64,000 nt of DNA from Trichoplax adhaerens (lineage: Eukaryota; Animalia; Placozoa), in assembly GCF_000150275.1 (NCBI RefSeq), contig NW_002060955.1, positions 1,284,287 to 1,348,286 of the forward strand. Direction: 5' to 3'. Every line of letters starts with the position of its first letter. Position 1 is the first letter of the stretch. The notes below the pieces were generated by a model, which worked only from the letters and a program-made list of their open reading frames with translations, was not told the DNA's origin and did not search any database. The translations under genes and the position numbers were made by a program. Below, piece by piece: positions 38,110 to 51,939 of the stretch.

Positions 38110-38881
38110 NNNNNNNNNNNNNNNNNNNNNNNNNNNNNNNNNNNNNNNNNNNNNNNNNNNNNNNNNNNNNNNNNNNNNNNNNNNNNNNNNNNNNNNNNNN
38201 NNNNNNNNNNNNNNNNNNNNNNNNNNNNNNNNNNNNNNNNNNNNNNNNNNNNNNNNNNNNNNNNNNNNNNNNNNNNNNNNNNNNNNNNNNNNNNNNNNNN
38301 NNNNNNNNNNNNNNNNNNNNNNNNNNNNNNNNNNNNNNNNNNNNNNNNNNNNNNNNNNNNNNNNNNNNNNNNNNNNNNNNNNNNNNNNNNNNNNNNNNNN
38401 NNNNNNNNNNNNNNNNNNNNNNNNNNNNNNNNNNNNNNNNNNNNNNNNNNNNNNNNNNNNNNNNNNNNNNNNNNNNNNNNNNNNNNNNNNNNNNNNNNNN
38501 NNNNNNNNNNNNNNNNNNNNNNNNNNNNNNNNNNNNNNNNNNNNNNNNNNNNNNNNNNNNNNNNNNNNNNNNNNNNNNNNNNNNNNNNNNNNNNNNNNNN
38601 NNNNNNNNNNNNNNNNNNNNNNNNNNNNNNNNNNNNNNNNNNNNNNNNNNNNNNNNNNNNNNNNNNNNNNNNNNNNNNNNNNNNNNNNNNNNNNNNNNNN
38701 NNNNNNNNNNNNNNNNNNNNNNNNNNNNNNNNNNNNNNNNNNNNNNNNNNNNNNNNNNNNNNNNNNNNNNNNNNNNNNNNNNNNNNNNNNNNNNNNNNNN
38801 NNNNNNNNNNNNNNNNNNNNNNNNNNNNNNNNNNNNNNNNNNNNNNNNNNNNNNNNNNNNNNNNNNNNNNNNNNNNNNNNN
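38110..38881. other. Assembly gap (772 N)
   Basis: Run of N. Confidence 1.
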
Positions 38882-41369
38882 TCCTTGATAAAGATAATAA
38901 TATCAATCAAAGTCAGTCGGTACCACAGATATCTCAATATCTTCCATCGTTATCGGATGGTAATTCATGCTTGCCTATGATGGCTTTGATTTAAAAATGA
39001 TCAAAATATCTTAATAGGTTAACAATATTATTCAAGTCATTGCTGTGATAGTAAAGTAATGAATAACAAGAGTGCAACCTAGTTATAATAGGTGAGAACT
39101 CAATAATATTATCGGATATTAAAGGATGTTCTTTTATTCTCCGATGCTATACAAATTTGAAATTGGTAAAGGTATCCAATTCTTATACCAACAGTTACTG
39201 CACGTCTTCAAAAATTACCAGTAGCAAAATTACTGCATTATTTCGTAAAGAACAAATAATTTAAAGCTCTGGCTCTATAAATCCAATTCACATGCAAAGT
39301 AATTTACGATGACTTATTTTGACATATGGGAATGATAAAACGATAGTTCTGTCATTCTCGAGAGTAACATAAATTTGTAGCCTTAAAAAATTTTTAAATT
39401 TCTACCAATTCAATTCTATGACAAAGCGATCATTGCATTCGGCAACCGTCTAATTTTGCCATATGGTGATAATAAAAAATAAATGATATCCTTTTCTATC
39501 CAGTAGATCGTTGACCCTTCGTGGCATCTGGATAGAATATTTTACTATAGCTTTACAAGTCAATATTCAAATTTACTTAGTATTGACATCAATCTTTCAT
39601 TAAGTCGTGAATAAAATAGGTAGGTAATAAATATTTAAATAGAAATATAGAACAAAGGAATAAAAATCTTTCATCATTGCGTGATAATAGCATCGACTGA
39701 TTCTTTCCTATCCAATCAATATCTAGACGAAAGCAACGACAGAAAAAATATACAAGTTTTCTCTGCCGAAAGGGTAACATTCGCCAATTGAATATTTACA
39801 TTAAAATGGAAAAAAATTCCGAAAAATTCTGAAAAATTCTGAAAAATTCTTTATTTCAGCGTTAACAATAAGTCTCTAAATGTTTATATTAGTGTTCTTC
39901 TTTATTGTCGCAAAGTTGACGGACAAAAATTAGTTTACCTTCGAACTAGTTCAAACTATTTGTTCATTTTCAGTAAGAAAATATGTAGACTAGAGTGAAT
40001 TGAAGGAGCACATAGCTAAAGATAGACATTTATTAAAGACTAATTTCTTGCTTGTGTATAGCTCTTCCTTCTTACAGTGAGTTTACAAAGTTCATCACAA
40101 TTGAGATGCTAAGTATGTCTACATAGTCTAGTCTGGTCTATTTCGCAAAATGTCTCTACATCATTTCTAAACAAACTTCTACCATGTGTGGTAATATAGA
40201 TAGTCATCTCCTTTACAATTTGATTAAATAAGCATCTAGGCGATATAGACTTAACTTGTCTCTAAATTTTACTTTGAATCCAGACCGGATGAATCGATAA
40301 TTTAGATACCTATCTGTTAAGACTGATTTCCTGTTCTCGCAATTCATGTTCAATCTTTTACGTATTGGATTTTTAAACTAATCAGCTTAAAATACTGTAA
40401 AAATATTCTTAGCTGGATTTTTTCTGCTCTTTAATAATTTTCACGCTTTTGATGCCTTGATTGATATCATTTACTATAGATAAATGTATTTGTGGGGTTT
40501 GAATAATAGATGGACCGAAAAGCTAATATTAGAATTATAATTTGTCTATACTAAAGATCTACATCGGTTTATTTCATTTATTCCATTATAATGGCCGTTT
40601 GCTAATTAAACTAAGAAAGCATAAAGTTTGGATCGTCATTAATTGAAAAATTAGTTAAAATCAGATTAATACATCTATATCAATTTATGAGAGGATAAAA
40701 CCATTTAAAAAAGGCAGAAACAAGAAACTATGTTATGCACGGGGCATTTAGTAATAAATTTCGTCAACATTTGAGTGTAATCTAGTCGCACACGGTACTT
40801 TTGGCTTAGATGTATTTCCTACTTGTAAACATTATCCAGTGAAGTTAAAGGTTTTTACTTCTTTATCAATAGTAAGCATAAGTATCTATTAGATAGTCAT
40901 TAACCCCTGATAAATTGGGTAGTGGACCAGGTGACAGGATAACAGGTTTTAGCCATGATGACCTAATTTTAGCCAATTTGAGTTCTTCCAGTCTACCATA
41001 ATATTTCATTTTTTAATGCATGATTAGTTAAACGGATTAAAAAAATTAGTAGCTAAAAATAATCTATTTTAGTTGCATGGCTAAGTATTCATTTTTGGCT
41101 TTATTTTTAAAGCCAGTCGAATAACAATTGAATAATGCTAATTTAGGGTGGATTAAAGATAGCCTTTCAATTGAATTTAAACGCAAATGATAATAAATTA
41201 AATGGGTAAGATTGTATTTGGATTGATTATATCGTGTTTTTGTATACTCTGGAATTCAAGGTCTTAAAGTCATCAAAGAAGTAAATTACTTTATTGTATT
41301 CTGCTGAGTTCAAAGTTTGTTTTATTTTAATGGTAAATCTAATGAATAAAATTGAACTTTGATTATTAA

Positions 41370-42350
41370 TATTTGTTTTTTCTCCATATTAAACTTTAGC
41401 CAAAGCTTTAAACCATATCAGAAATAATTTATTTACAAGTCTACTACCGAACTCAAATTTCAATTAATTTTAGCCTTGATGATGAGTCAAACGAGCAAGA
41501 TTCTATATAGAATATTAATGTCATCATTTTATCTATATTAGCAGCTCAGGCATAGTATATATATAATCACACAAGAATTCATATTTTTAGTATCCATTAT
41601 TGAACTCAAATTCCAATTAATTTCAAACTTGACTACGAATTAAATGATCAAGGTTGTATTTCTATTACTGACAATATTATGCATGTTTAAAGCTCAGAAC
41701 TTCAAATCATATTAGAACGAATTTATTTTAGAAGCCATTCTTAAATTCAAATTTCAGTCAATTTTAAACCTGAATAGGAATCAAATAACTAACGTTGTAC
41801 TTAAATTATTCATATTAATCTTTTATCCTCGTTTGAAGCTCACAACTTTAAATGCGATACGAACTAATTCATTTTGGAGGCCATTTTCAATTCAAATTTC
41901 AATGAATTTTAAGGATCAACAATTACGATTCAGATAAACAAAGTTGTCTATAAATTAATTATATAGTTTTTTATCCATGTTTGAGTTTAGGCGTTCAAGT
42001 TATCTAATGGCCAATTTATTTTAGAGTACACTATTTTGTTTGAATTTCAATTCATTTTATTTTAAAGCCTAAATTATTCTAAATAAGCTAAAAATGATTG
42101 TTATAAGTTTATTACATCATCCTTCTATCCAGGTATTAAACTAAAAGTTTCCAGTTGTTGTCCATAAGCTAACGTAAAGAATGGTTATGCTCGACTGTCA
42201 ATTGATTTTAAGGCTGAAAATTATGAGTAACTTAGACATGACTGTCATTAAATTAATTATAAGCTAACCTATTCTAATCCATATCTTAAGCTAAAGTAAT
42301 CAAATCGTCATCTTTAGATACATTTAGAAGATATTAAAATTTGAACCTCT
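41370..42350. repeat. Highly degenerate ~120-bp tandem repeat
   Basis: tcaaatt(t/c)caat(t/g)aatttt-like motif recurs at ~41455, 41607, 41747, 41893, with weaker copies beyond. Confidence 0.55.
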
Positions 42351-43059
42351 ATTGATTATAGGCCTAAGTAATTATGAATAAAATGAAATACGATTGTATT
42401 CAAAATCATTCTTTTACTGAATTACAAAGAATATCTTGTATCGTTCTAGACGGGTCTTTTCACCTTCCTTCTCTCTATGTATTCAAAATATGACAATACA
42501 AAATTGAAAAGTTTTTCCTATTTTACTACAATCGGAACACTTTAGTTGTATATAGCTATTCCTTGTTTATGTTTTAGATTCATGCCGCGTCTTCGATGAC
42601 ATAAAGATTTCTTCTCAGTATCATATAATCAATAACAACATCAAGTTAAAAAATAATTCAAGTGGATGCATCTCAAGTCCAACCTCCTAATTGACTCCAT
42701 TGGATAGTTAGGCGTGGGTGAAAATTAGAGAAAAGTACATTCCTGCTATTGACTATTTTCCAAACAGTGACTCAGTTTTGTTATTTCTACATTGAAGCAG
42801 ATGTTTTCTATGGTAAAAGTATTGAATGGAGATTGATAAATTGGATTCTACGATAGAAGCCTAATTGGATAATATATAATGTGATAATGCGTATTTTGTA
42901 ATATTTCATAGCTTCCTGTCAACAATTCCACGTAGCTGAGTGATAAACAATGATGCTATCGAAAAATTTTAATACAGCACAGACACCTTTCTTAAGGATG
43001 GTGGTCAGTTTACCATCTATACCGTGTCATATATTATTCTAAAAGTCTCAATAACTAGC

Positions 43060-43340
43060 AATTATGCATAATAGCTAGTCGTATAAAATAGATTAAAAGT
43101 TTTCTTAGTTTGCTTAATAGAATCTTAACAACACCACGTCTAGGCTGAAGTATAAAATAGATTAAAAGGTCTCTTATTCTGCTTAATAGTCCTTAGCAAA
43201 AGTATATCGAGGCTGAAGTATAAAGTAGATTAAATGTTTACTTAGTCTGCTTAACAGATCCTTAACAATAATATATTGAGACCGAAGTATAAAATAGATT
43301 AAAATTATTGTTAGTCTGCTAAATATACTCTTAACAACAA
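43060..43340. repeat. ~70-bp tandem repeat, about 4 copies
   Basis: gtataaa(a/g)tagattaaa...tgct(t/a)aa...cttaacaa at ~43081, 43149, 43218, 43287. Confidence 0.8.
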
Positions 43341-43569
43341 CAATGTGTCGAGACTGGAGATCAATTCTAAATACAGACAAGCCATTGCAAATAGAATAAC
43401 TCAATTAACTACTACAATTTTTTTCCAATATACACTTCTACGTCATAATACCAAGAGAGTTCTCTGATATTAAAGGATTTAAGTGTAACTAAACAGTTAA
43501 GATATTCTTTTATAGCACTATAAGAATAGCTTTTCGTTATATTGGTAATCTTGGTTCCAATAATTATCT

Positions 43570-43950
43570 TGGAAAATGTCATCTGCAGAATATTGACATC
43601 TATACTTTCCAATTTGCTACAATCTCCGATTTCATAAGTTTTTAACAACCGTGTTCAAGGATTAAAACCATCCTGATTGAACTTCAACTTTGGACCATGC
43701 GATAGCAATCCGTTGGAATATCTAATCTTTAAATTGCCGACGTCTATAACCTTCCAATTTGCTACAATCTCTCTGACCACATAACCTTTTAACGACCCTG
43801 TTGAAGGATTAAAAACTATTCTGATTTAATTCCAACAGTAAATCATTGAATGGAAATCCGCTGTAAAATGTAACCTTCAAAAGATGGATATCTGTACTTT
43901 CCAATTCGATATAATCTCTTCGACCACTTCATCTATAAATACTCTATTAG
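43570..43950. repeat. ~145-bp degenerate tandem repeat, about 2.5 copies
   Basis: cttccaatt.g.ta.aatctc at ~43605, 43750, 43897; gtt.aaggattaaaa...ctgatt twice. Confidence 0.7.
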
Positions 43951-45054
43951 GTTTAACCGATATTTGTACCATATCTATAGCTTATATTCATATTAATATG
44001 TTACTTTCAAAACACTACTACTGCAATTCGTTACAATCACTTTAATCTTATATGCAATTCAGTTATTAGAAAATAATTTATTTTAATGAAATCGTTTAGG
44101 TGTAAGGAATTAAAAAAGTTTTTAAAATTTGTTCATGTTAGCACTGCATTAAATCATTTGTAATAGTATTATTTTAATTGATTTATAATTGTTGTATTAG
44201 TTACCATAAGGAAAAATTGGGGCGCTACTAAAGTTTCGATTACGTTCGGCTAAAAGGTCAATCAATGAGTGACTAAGGATTTAAAATAAATTTAAAGCTA
44301 TGTGTTTTAATTCTGTTCATGCCTAGAGTTTATCCAACATTTGAGGCTAGCACTAAATTACGGGATAAATTACAAGAGTTGCAAGAAGACAACCTGTATG
44401 TATGTAAATGACTACAATCAAAATGGCCATTTAGCTGAAAATGCCGCTAAAGTATTCATTTCTCTACGAACCGTATTAAAGAATTCTATGCCTCAAGCTA
44501 TCGACCGGGATACCTGTTGTTTCTTTAGTTTATTAATTTTTTAACACTATAATTTATGATGGCGTGAATCACAGTAAATGTAATTAGAGGTAGCTGAGAT
44601 ACTTGTTTTTGCCTTAATTGCTCATTTTTCTAGTACTATATTTTGCGATGGCTTACATCGCGAAGAATGTATAGTACTTTAATTAAAGGTGCCTGGATAT
44701 TTGCTTTCATAGTTTTTAATTTTTCGAATAATATAATTTGTAATGGCATGAATATCATTAGAGGTGTACAAAAATACTTCCAAATTCATGACTAACCATT
44801 TTCAAAAAAGATTAGTATCATCTTTTGTTCTATAGACTCTACTATTCAAGCAAATCAAGGTTGACTCTGTTTCTAACATTTCTTATATAGGTAAAATATT
44901 TTTGAAATATTAAATATTTACTATGTATTGCTTCAACAGAAACGATCATACAGCACATCATTTTTATTTCGTCAATAAACATAATTTTACAATATTTCTG
45001 TACTTGATCATATTGAATAAAAATTGAATACCAGCAGGAAAAAGAAGACGATCA

Positions 45055-46530
45055 ATTGAAAAGCAAGGATCTGAACATAAGCTCATATAACTGGAGCAAA
45101 TACAGTAGTATGGACGGTATGGCTAAAGAATTCTATGCCTGATGCCATTAATTGGAATGCTTGCTATTTCCATAGTTATAGATTTTTCGAACTCTTTAGT
45201 TTACTCCTAGAATAGCGTAAATGCATTGAGAGGTATTTGAAATGCCTCCCAATTCATAACCATCATATTCAATGAAGATTCGTACCATCTTTTTAACTTT
45301 AAATTGTCGTATTCAAGCGAATCAAAATTTCTAAGATTTTCAAATAGGTAAAATATTTCGACGTATTGAATGTTTATTATGCTTAGGTTCAACTGAAACG
45401 ATCGTATAGCACATCATTTTATTTCATCAATAAACATAATTTACAATATTTTACTGTACTAGATCGCATTGGATGAACTGAGTAGTAGTAAGGCAAAGAA
45501 CGCGACTAGTTCGAAAGCAATGATTTTAACATAAGCTCTTATCACTGGGACAAACGGAACAAATGGTAACAACATATTCTACTAGACCATAGATTCAACA
45601 AGCAAGTTTTGAGTATCAGTGCCATATAGGACGTTAATTACTCATTGTCAAAGCCAAAAGTATGGAAGGACCGAAAGTAAGGATACACACGTATAGCTAA
45701 TATCACTTGGAAAAACGAAACAAGTACAGTAGTATGTAGACATATTTATGTCTCTTTCCTACGTACATTCTACTAGCCGATTCCGAATAGTACTGTCGGA
45801 TAAAAGTTTACATTATATCACTCAAAACAGTATGAAAATGTCGAAAGCAAAGGTATAAACCTACATTAATATTGTTTAGACAAACTGTCCAAGCAAGGTA
45901 ATTTGGATACATTTCAATGCATCTTTCCTATATATAGCTAAGATCGCTTGATCAAGCTGAATAAACACAGCAGTATGAGCATAATTATATTTCTTTCCTA
46001 CCGCAGACTCCACAAGCCAATTTCGAATTGAACTACTGCATAAAACTCTGAGTTAAATCATCCAAAAAAGTACGAAAATGTCGAAAGCAAGAATATCGTT
46101 ATATTGTTTTAGACAAACTGGACAAGCAAACTAATAAAGACGCATTTCAACATAGCTTTCCAACTACAGATCCTACAAGCAAATCTGGAGTTTGAACTGC
46201 TATATAAAACTATTAATTAATCAATTCCAAAAGTCCAAAACGGTATGATAAGTGTAAAGTAAGGATGTAAGTATCAGCTAATATTATTTCAACAAATTGA
46301 ATAAATAATGTTGCCAACATCTTTTAATATGCCTTTTCTACTGAAGACTCTACAAGCTAATTTGAACTATTTAATTTCGATATGGAAAAATGGTATAAAA
46401 AGGTCGAAAAGAAGCGGCTAAAGCCTAATCCATAATTGTTTGGACAAACTGAAGAATCTAAATTGGTATATTTCAATATTACTTTCATATTGCAGATTTA
46501 CAAGCCAATTTGAAATTTGAAGTCTTACAC
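45055..46530 (-). pseudogene. Array of about 7 decayed copies of the terminal Cys-rich-domain coding segment of the piggyBac-derived gene
   Basis: The last exon's plus-strand signature cgaaaacaaggatccaaacataagccaatatc...catatttcaat...ctttccta.agcagactctacaagcaaa recurs in diverged, frameshifted form at ~46404, 46255, 46081, 45841, 45671, 45511, 45058. Confidence 0.75.
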
Positions 46531-46536
46531 AGGTAT

Positions 46537-49002
46537 TCACTCCCAATAGCGCAAAATAGTATGAAATAGTCGAAAACAAGGATCCAAACATAAGCCAATA
46601 TCATTGGGGCATATAGAGCAAATAGTATAGACATATTTCAATGTACCTTTCCTACAGCAGACTCTACAAGCAAACTTGGACGGTTTTAAATGCTGTATAA
46701 AATGACGACCTGTCAAACGAATAGTAGCCTCTTTCTTTTCCATTTCCATTTTTTCTTCGCAAAATAGTAGGTCAGTAATCACCTAATAAACAAAGGCAAA
46801 TAAATACAGTTACTAATGCTGTTATATCTTCATTTCCAGTTGATCGGAAGGTACAGCATGTAAGTTGAGTTTGTTCTTCGTCTACACTAGCAGATATTGT
46901 TGAATTATTGCGCATACGACGGAATCATTTTATAGCCGATTAATGATACAATGAAGAAGCGAAACTATACAACCAGAGACTAGTGCAACTATGGTATCAT
47001 CAATAAATTATGGAAAATTTTAAATTCTATAAGTACAGGCATTGCAATCTCATAGTATCTTGTGCCTGTTGGTAATTATTTCCATTAAATTAAAATATTA
47101 TTATTTTTTATTAAATTAATATTCAATTGGATCGCTATATTCTACAAGGGAATGTCGAATAGCTGATCGGAACTTTTTATCCTTTTAGCAGCTAGACGAT
47201 GAACTGGGTATTAAAACCATGTTCATTCATGTATATGTGAATTTTTAAAATATATCCTAAGCCAAAGACAGAAATTCTATTTGGTTTTCTTACCATAATG
47301 CTATTATTTACAAGGCAACTAGGGCAGACTCACAATAACTACATATTGGTTTTATAAATTCACAACCCCAAAAATAACCTTACATCATGTTGAAATTGTA
47401 GAAAAGATTTGCCAAGGTAAGATCTATCATTCTGAAAGATAATGAAGGCGTTTCGCATGCAAACTTGGAGCAATTGGATGCCCAATTTCTTGCCTAATTT
47501 AACAGCTTTTCCAGACACGTGTTGTAATTTCATACTCTAAAATAGAATGGAATTGACGACAGATGATGCTACGACAAATGGAAAATACTGCTCTAAATTA
47601 AACTAGTCAAGATTTATATGTGAAATAATTCAGCAATATCTGACTGAAAATTAGGTTACAAAAATACTCTCAAGTATGCTGAACTAACCAGATCTTGTTT
47701 GGAAGCATTATCCATGTTTTGATCATAGCGAAGAAGTGCCGTAATTTTCTTCTTATTCAAATCATGATTGGGCATATCGTTGGATTTTTTAGGCTGATCT
47801 TGATGATTAACTTGTTGTGTAGTTAGATCACTATGAAGGCTAGAAAGAATACATAATGGCTCTTCTTTTCTCCACTTGAGACAAAGTAAGGGACCAGAAC
47901 GATAAGCGATCATTTCTTCTTGACTTTGATTCAAAAGATTTTCAATTGTAGGCGGTAGATTTTGAGGTAAAATGATACCGCAAGCATTGGTTTTACGTCG
48001 ATAAAGATAATCAAAAAGCGGAATGGAAGTAAAATGTTGATCCATATAAACGTTGTAGCCCTGATCGAGAAAGGGTTTCAGAAGAGATAAAGCTAATTTC
48101 TCCTTAAAATTCCATTTCTCGGTTTCCGTAGGTATAGAGAAAACCTTTCTAGTACAAGTTTTACTATCGTCATTGCATACTTGAAATTGAAACATATAGC
48201 CTGATTTACTTTCACGTAAATAATGCAATTTTATATTGACTAACGTTTCGTGAGATGCTGTTTCTTCACAAATATGCTTTCTTTTAACCTTAATAGTTAA
48301 TGTATGAAGAGCAATATCCTGTTCGGCATCATAGACATATCTAAATTTTTGATTAAAATAATCAAGTAAGGGCCTGATGTTACATAACCGATCGCATAGT
48401 ATTTCGTCTTTATCATTTCGATGCTGATCATCATTAAAGCGTAGACATCGCAATAAAAGTATAAAGCGTTTCTTAGTCATGATCGATTGGAATAGCGGTG
48501 TTTCGTAAAGCGGATCAAGAGACCAGTAATGAAAAACATTTGGTTTCTCAATGATACCCATTAAAAGTAGCAAGCCAATAAATTTCTTCATTTCGATCAT
48601 CGTTGTTGGGACCCATAACTGCTTTAATTGCTTAATAGTTTCTCCATTGCCATTTTGCTGTTCAAGTAATTGAAACACAAACTGATTCGTAGCCATAACG
48701 AATTGATCAAATAGACTGTTGGGCACAAATAATTGAAAGTAATGGACTGCATCATAAAAAGTAGTATCGTATTTTATCCCAGGATACCCTTTAAACGGAT
48801 GTGGCAAGGCTTCAGACCAATTTGCTGGTAGCCATTCATCGTATCGCCAAGGTAAGTGTGGTGATATGGAAAGAAGATCATGATTAAGGCTTTTCTCGTG
48901 AACACAATGATTCTCATTACTTTTCATAATTTTGATCTGTTTACTATCAGGATAGGCGTCTTCATACTGACTTTCTCCTTGGCTGCTATCACTATCTGCC
49001 AT
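46537..49002 (-). CDS. piggyBac transposable element-derived protein (PGBD-like), ~570 aa, 3 exons, catalytic triad degenerate
   Basis: Exons 49002-47689, 47536-47384 and 46782-46537 (phase-0 GT-AG). piggyBac DDE_Tnp_1_7-type motifs: YFQLF, TN, EMKKFIGLLLLMG, YWS, MTKKRF, DRL..IRPL, YMDQHFTS, ACG, NAFII. C-terminal CxxC...CxxC...LC..PCF..FH domain. Confidence 0.88.
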
Positions 49003-50962
49003 TTTACTTTATAGCCCTAATCTATCACAATGAAAGTCCCAGTGATAGAGAATAGTTGACTTTATTTTATGGATGTTAAGATTGCATGATTTTAATTTTA
49101 ATTCTGCTCAGCATTGATCAATTTTTGAATGAATACTGATTTAGGTGCATTTCAACTATCTAAATTAGTCAAAAATTTCCAATTCTAATTTGTGATTAAT
49201 GCGTAGCTATAAAATAGATGGGCCATTTTAAAATGCTATTGCTAATTTTATTTTGGAGCCATTAATATGTGATTTCTAGCAAGTCCTACTCATGATATTG
49301 ACAGAGGAATCGATTTTTTAGACTTTTCTTTTACGAATGTATAGGCAGATATATTGGCAACTAAATTAGAACAACGGGAATAATAATAGAAATACATCTT
49401 TAACAAATTTATTCTACGACTATCACTTGGATAATACTAGTGCAATGGACTATTTTTGGTGCAATATAGTGACCCATTATATTAAATTTTAATTATCGAA
49501 ATTCTCTTAATATCAAGTCGTCACTTGTCAGTATCGTAATTCATCTCAACATAAGACAACTACCTTACTTTATATGTGGAAATGAAAGATATGGGAAGTA
49601 ATCCAAGAAATCAGCTACCCTGGGTATTAAATAACTCTGAAGTTGGCTACCTCTACTTAAACGCCGGAGCCTGTATTTGCAGTTTATTAGAGATTTTATT
49701 TACTTCTGTCTAGTTTTCATACTTATTCGTAATTGGTCTACGCAGCAATGAGATTACGAGGCGATCAAATAAATAATTACTGTTATGCCACTGTTTGCTT
49801 GATTTGGCTGTATGGTGTCCAAATTATTAGCGTATTGTCATATTGAATTGAAATATTAAAGGAACAGCAAAATGCCTTGTAAAATATCAATATCTCTAGT
49901 ATAGACTAATGTTACACAAATTTTAAAACCTAAAATCAACCGTACTGATGGCTTACATCCATCCATAAATGGAATACGAGCACAACGTAGTATAGAAGAC
50001 TTTTAGTAGTAAGAACTTTTTCCTTAGTCTTTGGTGTGAAATTACAGGCCATCTATTGCATTTAATAATCGACTGAACAGCATGCAAACAGCGGATTACA
50101 GAGCTGCAAGTTTTAGTCTAGAAGTTAGTGGTAATTTTCCAGTCCGGAAGTAAAAATTTATATTTCATTCCAATCGTAAAAGATATTAAATATATTGATC
50201 ATGGATATCCAATTGTAACTAGCTTTCTTTTCTTGCAGAATATGTTTTAAACATACTATCAACAGTTCTATCATCGTATAAATTGTAAAGGATTGCAGTA
50301 ATAATCAGGAACTTAAAATGATGCATCTAATAACGCTAATACTACCGCTTTAGTCACAGTTTAATTTAATCACATATTCAGTGTATTAGAAAAGAAGTGG
50401 TATAGATTAAATTAATACGAATAAGTGCTTACGATGTCTCGACTTCTTATATTATGAAGTATGCATAGGATCTTTGAAAAGTTGATTAAGACAAGTTTCA
50501 AATTTCCTTTCTAAATTAATTTAACACGAATAGGTTAAATTGCAGCAATACAATAGTTTCACTTAATTTGGCATCGCAACGGTATGATAAAATTATATCG
50601 TGTATCGATTGATGCTTGAAACCGTTATGGACTAAAGCGATGCGTGCATTAACAGCAAATAATTTTTCTAATGCAGGCGTTTTTGCTCGTCTTTTAACTC
50701 TCCATTACCAGTAATATTGGAATGATGCAAAGAAATAATATGAACAAATAGATTGTAAATGATAGCATTCGTGCTGGCCCATATACTGGCAAAGGTGAAA
50801 TACAAGTATTTGTGTTGAAGATTAATACATGCAAGTTCAGTATTAAAACCAGTTAAGACCAAGACCAAAGCTAAAATCATATTTAAAAACAATATTATCA
50901 CTACTTAAGGCTATACACACAATTTGTATCCGTTAAATAATAACGTCGGACTAAAATAAAGT

Positions 50963-51829
50963 CTATCCTAGTTCCGCACTTGCAAATGCAAAAATATTGG
51001 ATAAAGGTAGTTTGGGTATAACACCAGTATACATTCTCCCACTCTCTCCAAAATATTGCAAATTTAATCTTTCAGCTAGAAGTATACCGTCAGAATTAGG
51101 TTCAGGAATATCGAAATCAACTTTAGTATCGCTTTCCGAAGGACACAAAGCGTAAAGTAAGTTTTCTGCGATTTCGGGTGTCTCAGCAAATAGTGGTCCT
51201 ACCCTATAACCATCGACACCAAGGCGAATACCTCCAAGGCCTTTGATAGTGCCATCGTCCTCGATATAAACTAAACATTGATCAGTTCCTACATGTATCC
51301 ATGACGCTAAGAAATGTGTCCTTTGACAAGGAAAATGGCGAGCATCATATTCTATCAACTTATCCATTGAGATATCTTTGGCGCGTCGTATATTTTTACA
51401 AATTTGGGCTTTTCTTTGTATGACGCCAATATACCTTTTAACAGCAGTAGCATATTGAAATCCAAATTTCTTGTAATTTTTCTGCTGAGAAGGAACAGCA
51501 TCCAGTCCAATACAACATCCAGTTAAATGTTCCATGGCGTGTTTAAATATACGTAAGCCATAACCTTTGCCGCGATGGTTTTCCTCAACTATATAACGCC
51601 CGATATATCCGCAAGTAGTATTAGGATACTTGACAGCAGCGATACAACACACCGGTTTACCATTCAATAAACCAATGAAGAAACCATTTGGATCCACTAG
51701 TTGAAATGCGATTGCGTCTTTCAATCCAGGATTCCATTTCTCACGTTCGGACATTGTCGACATCCAGTTCACATCTTCCGCTGATGCTGTCACGATTTGA
51801 AAGTCAGAATTTGTGTTATTCGTTTCCAT
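50963..51829 (-). CDS. GNAT N-acetyltransferase, two-domain YitH/HolE-like, copy 1 (288 aa, intronless)
   Basis: WNPGLKDA..F..VDPNGFFIG, YIVEENHRGKGYG (acetyl-CoA motif A), IGLDAV..QQKNYKKFGF, YDARHFPCQR..FL..W, YRVGPLFAE, DIPEPN, RMY, ELG. Confidence 0.92.
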   Translation of the reverse strand: METNNTNSDFQIVTASAEDVNWMSTMSEREKWNPGLKDAIAFQLVDPNGFFIGLLNGKPVCCIAAVKYPNTTCGYIGRYIVEENHRGKGYGLRIFKHAMEHLTGCCIGLDAVPSQQKNYKKFGFQYATAVKRYIGVIQRKAQICKNIRRAKDISMDKLIEYDARHFPCQRTHFLASWIHVGTDQCLVYIEDDGTIKGLGGIRLGVDGYRVGPLFAETPEIAENLLYALCPSESDTKVDFDIPEPNSDGILLAERLNLQYFGESGRMYTGVIPKLPLSNIFAFASAELG

Positions 51830-51939
51830 GTCTCTATTTATTTTTTACGCCAAGCTCTATTACAGCAAGATCAAACCAGATTCCCTTTTACTACTTCACT
51901 GATTACAATATCTACAATTAGTGGGCACAAAGCGAAGTG

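Noticed and set aside
38025-38994. ~300-aa ORFs
   Set aside because: Artefacts of the N gap.
40900-40910. TTAACCCCT as a piggyBac terminus for the PGBD gene
   Set aside because: No matching inverted end (AGGG.TTAA) was found on the other side of the gene.
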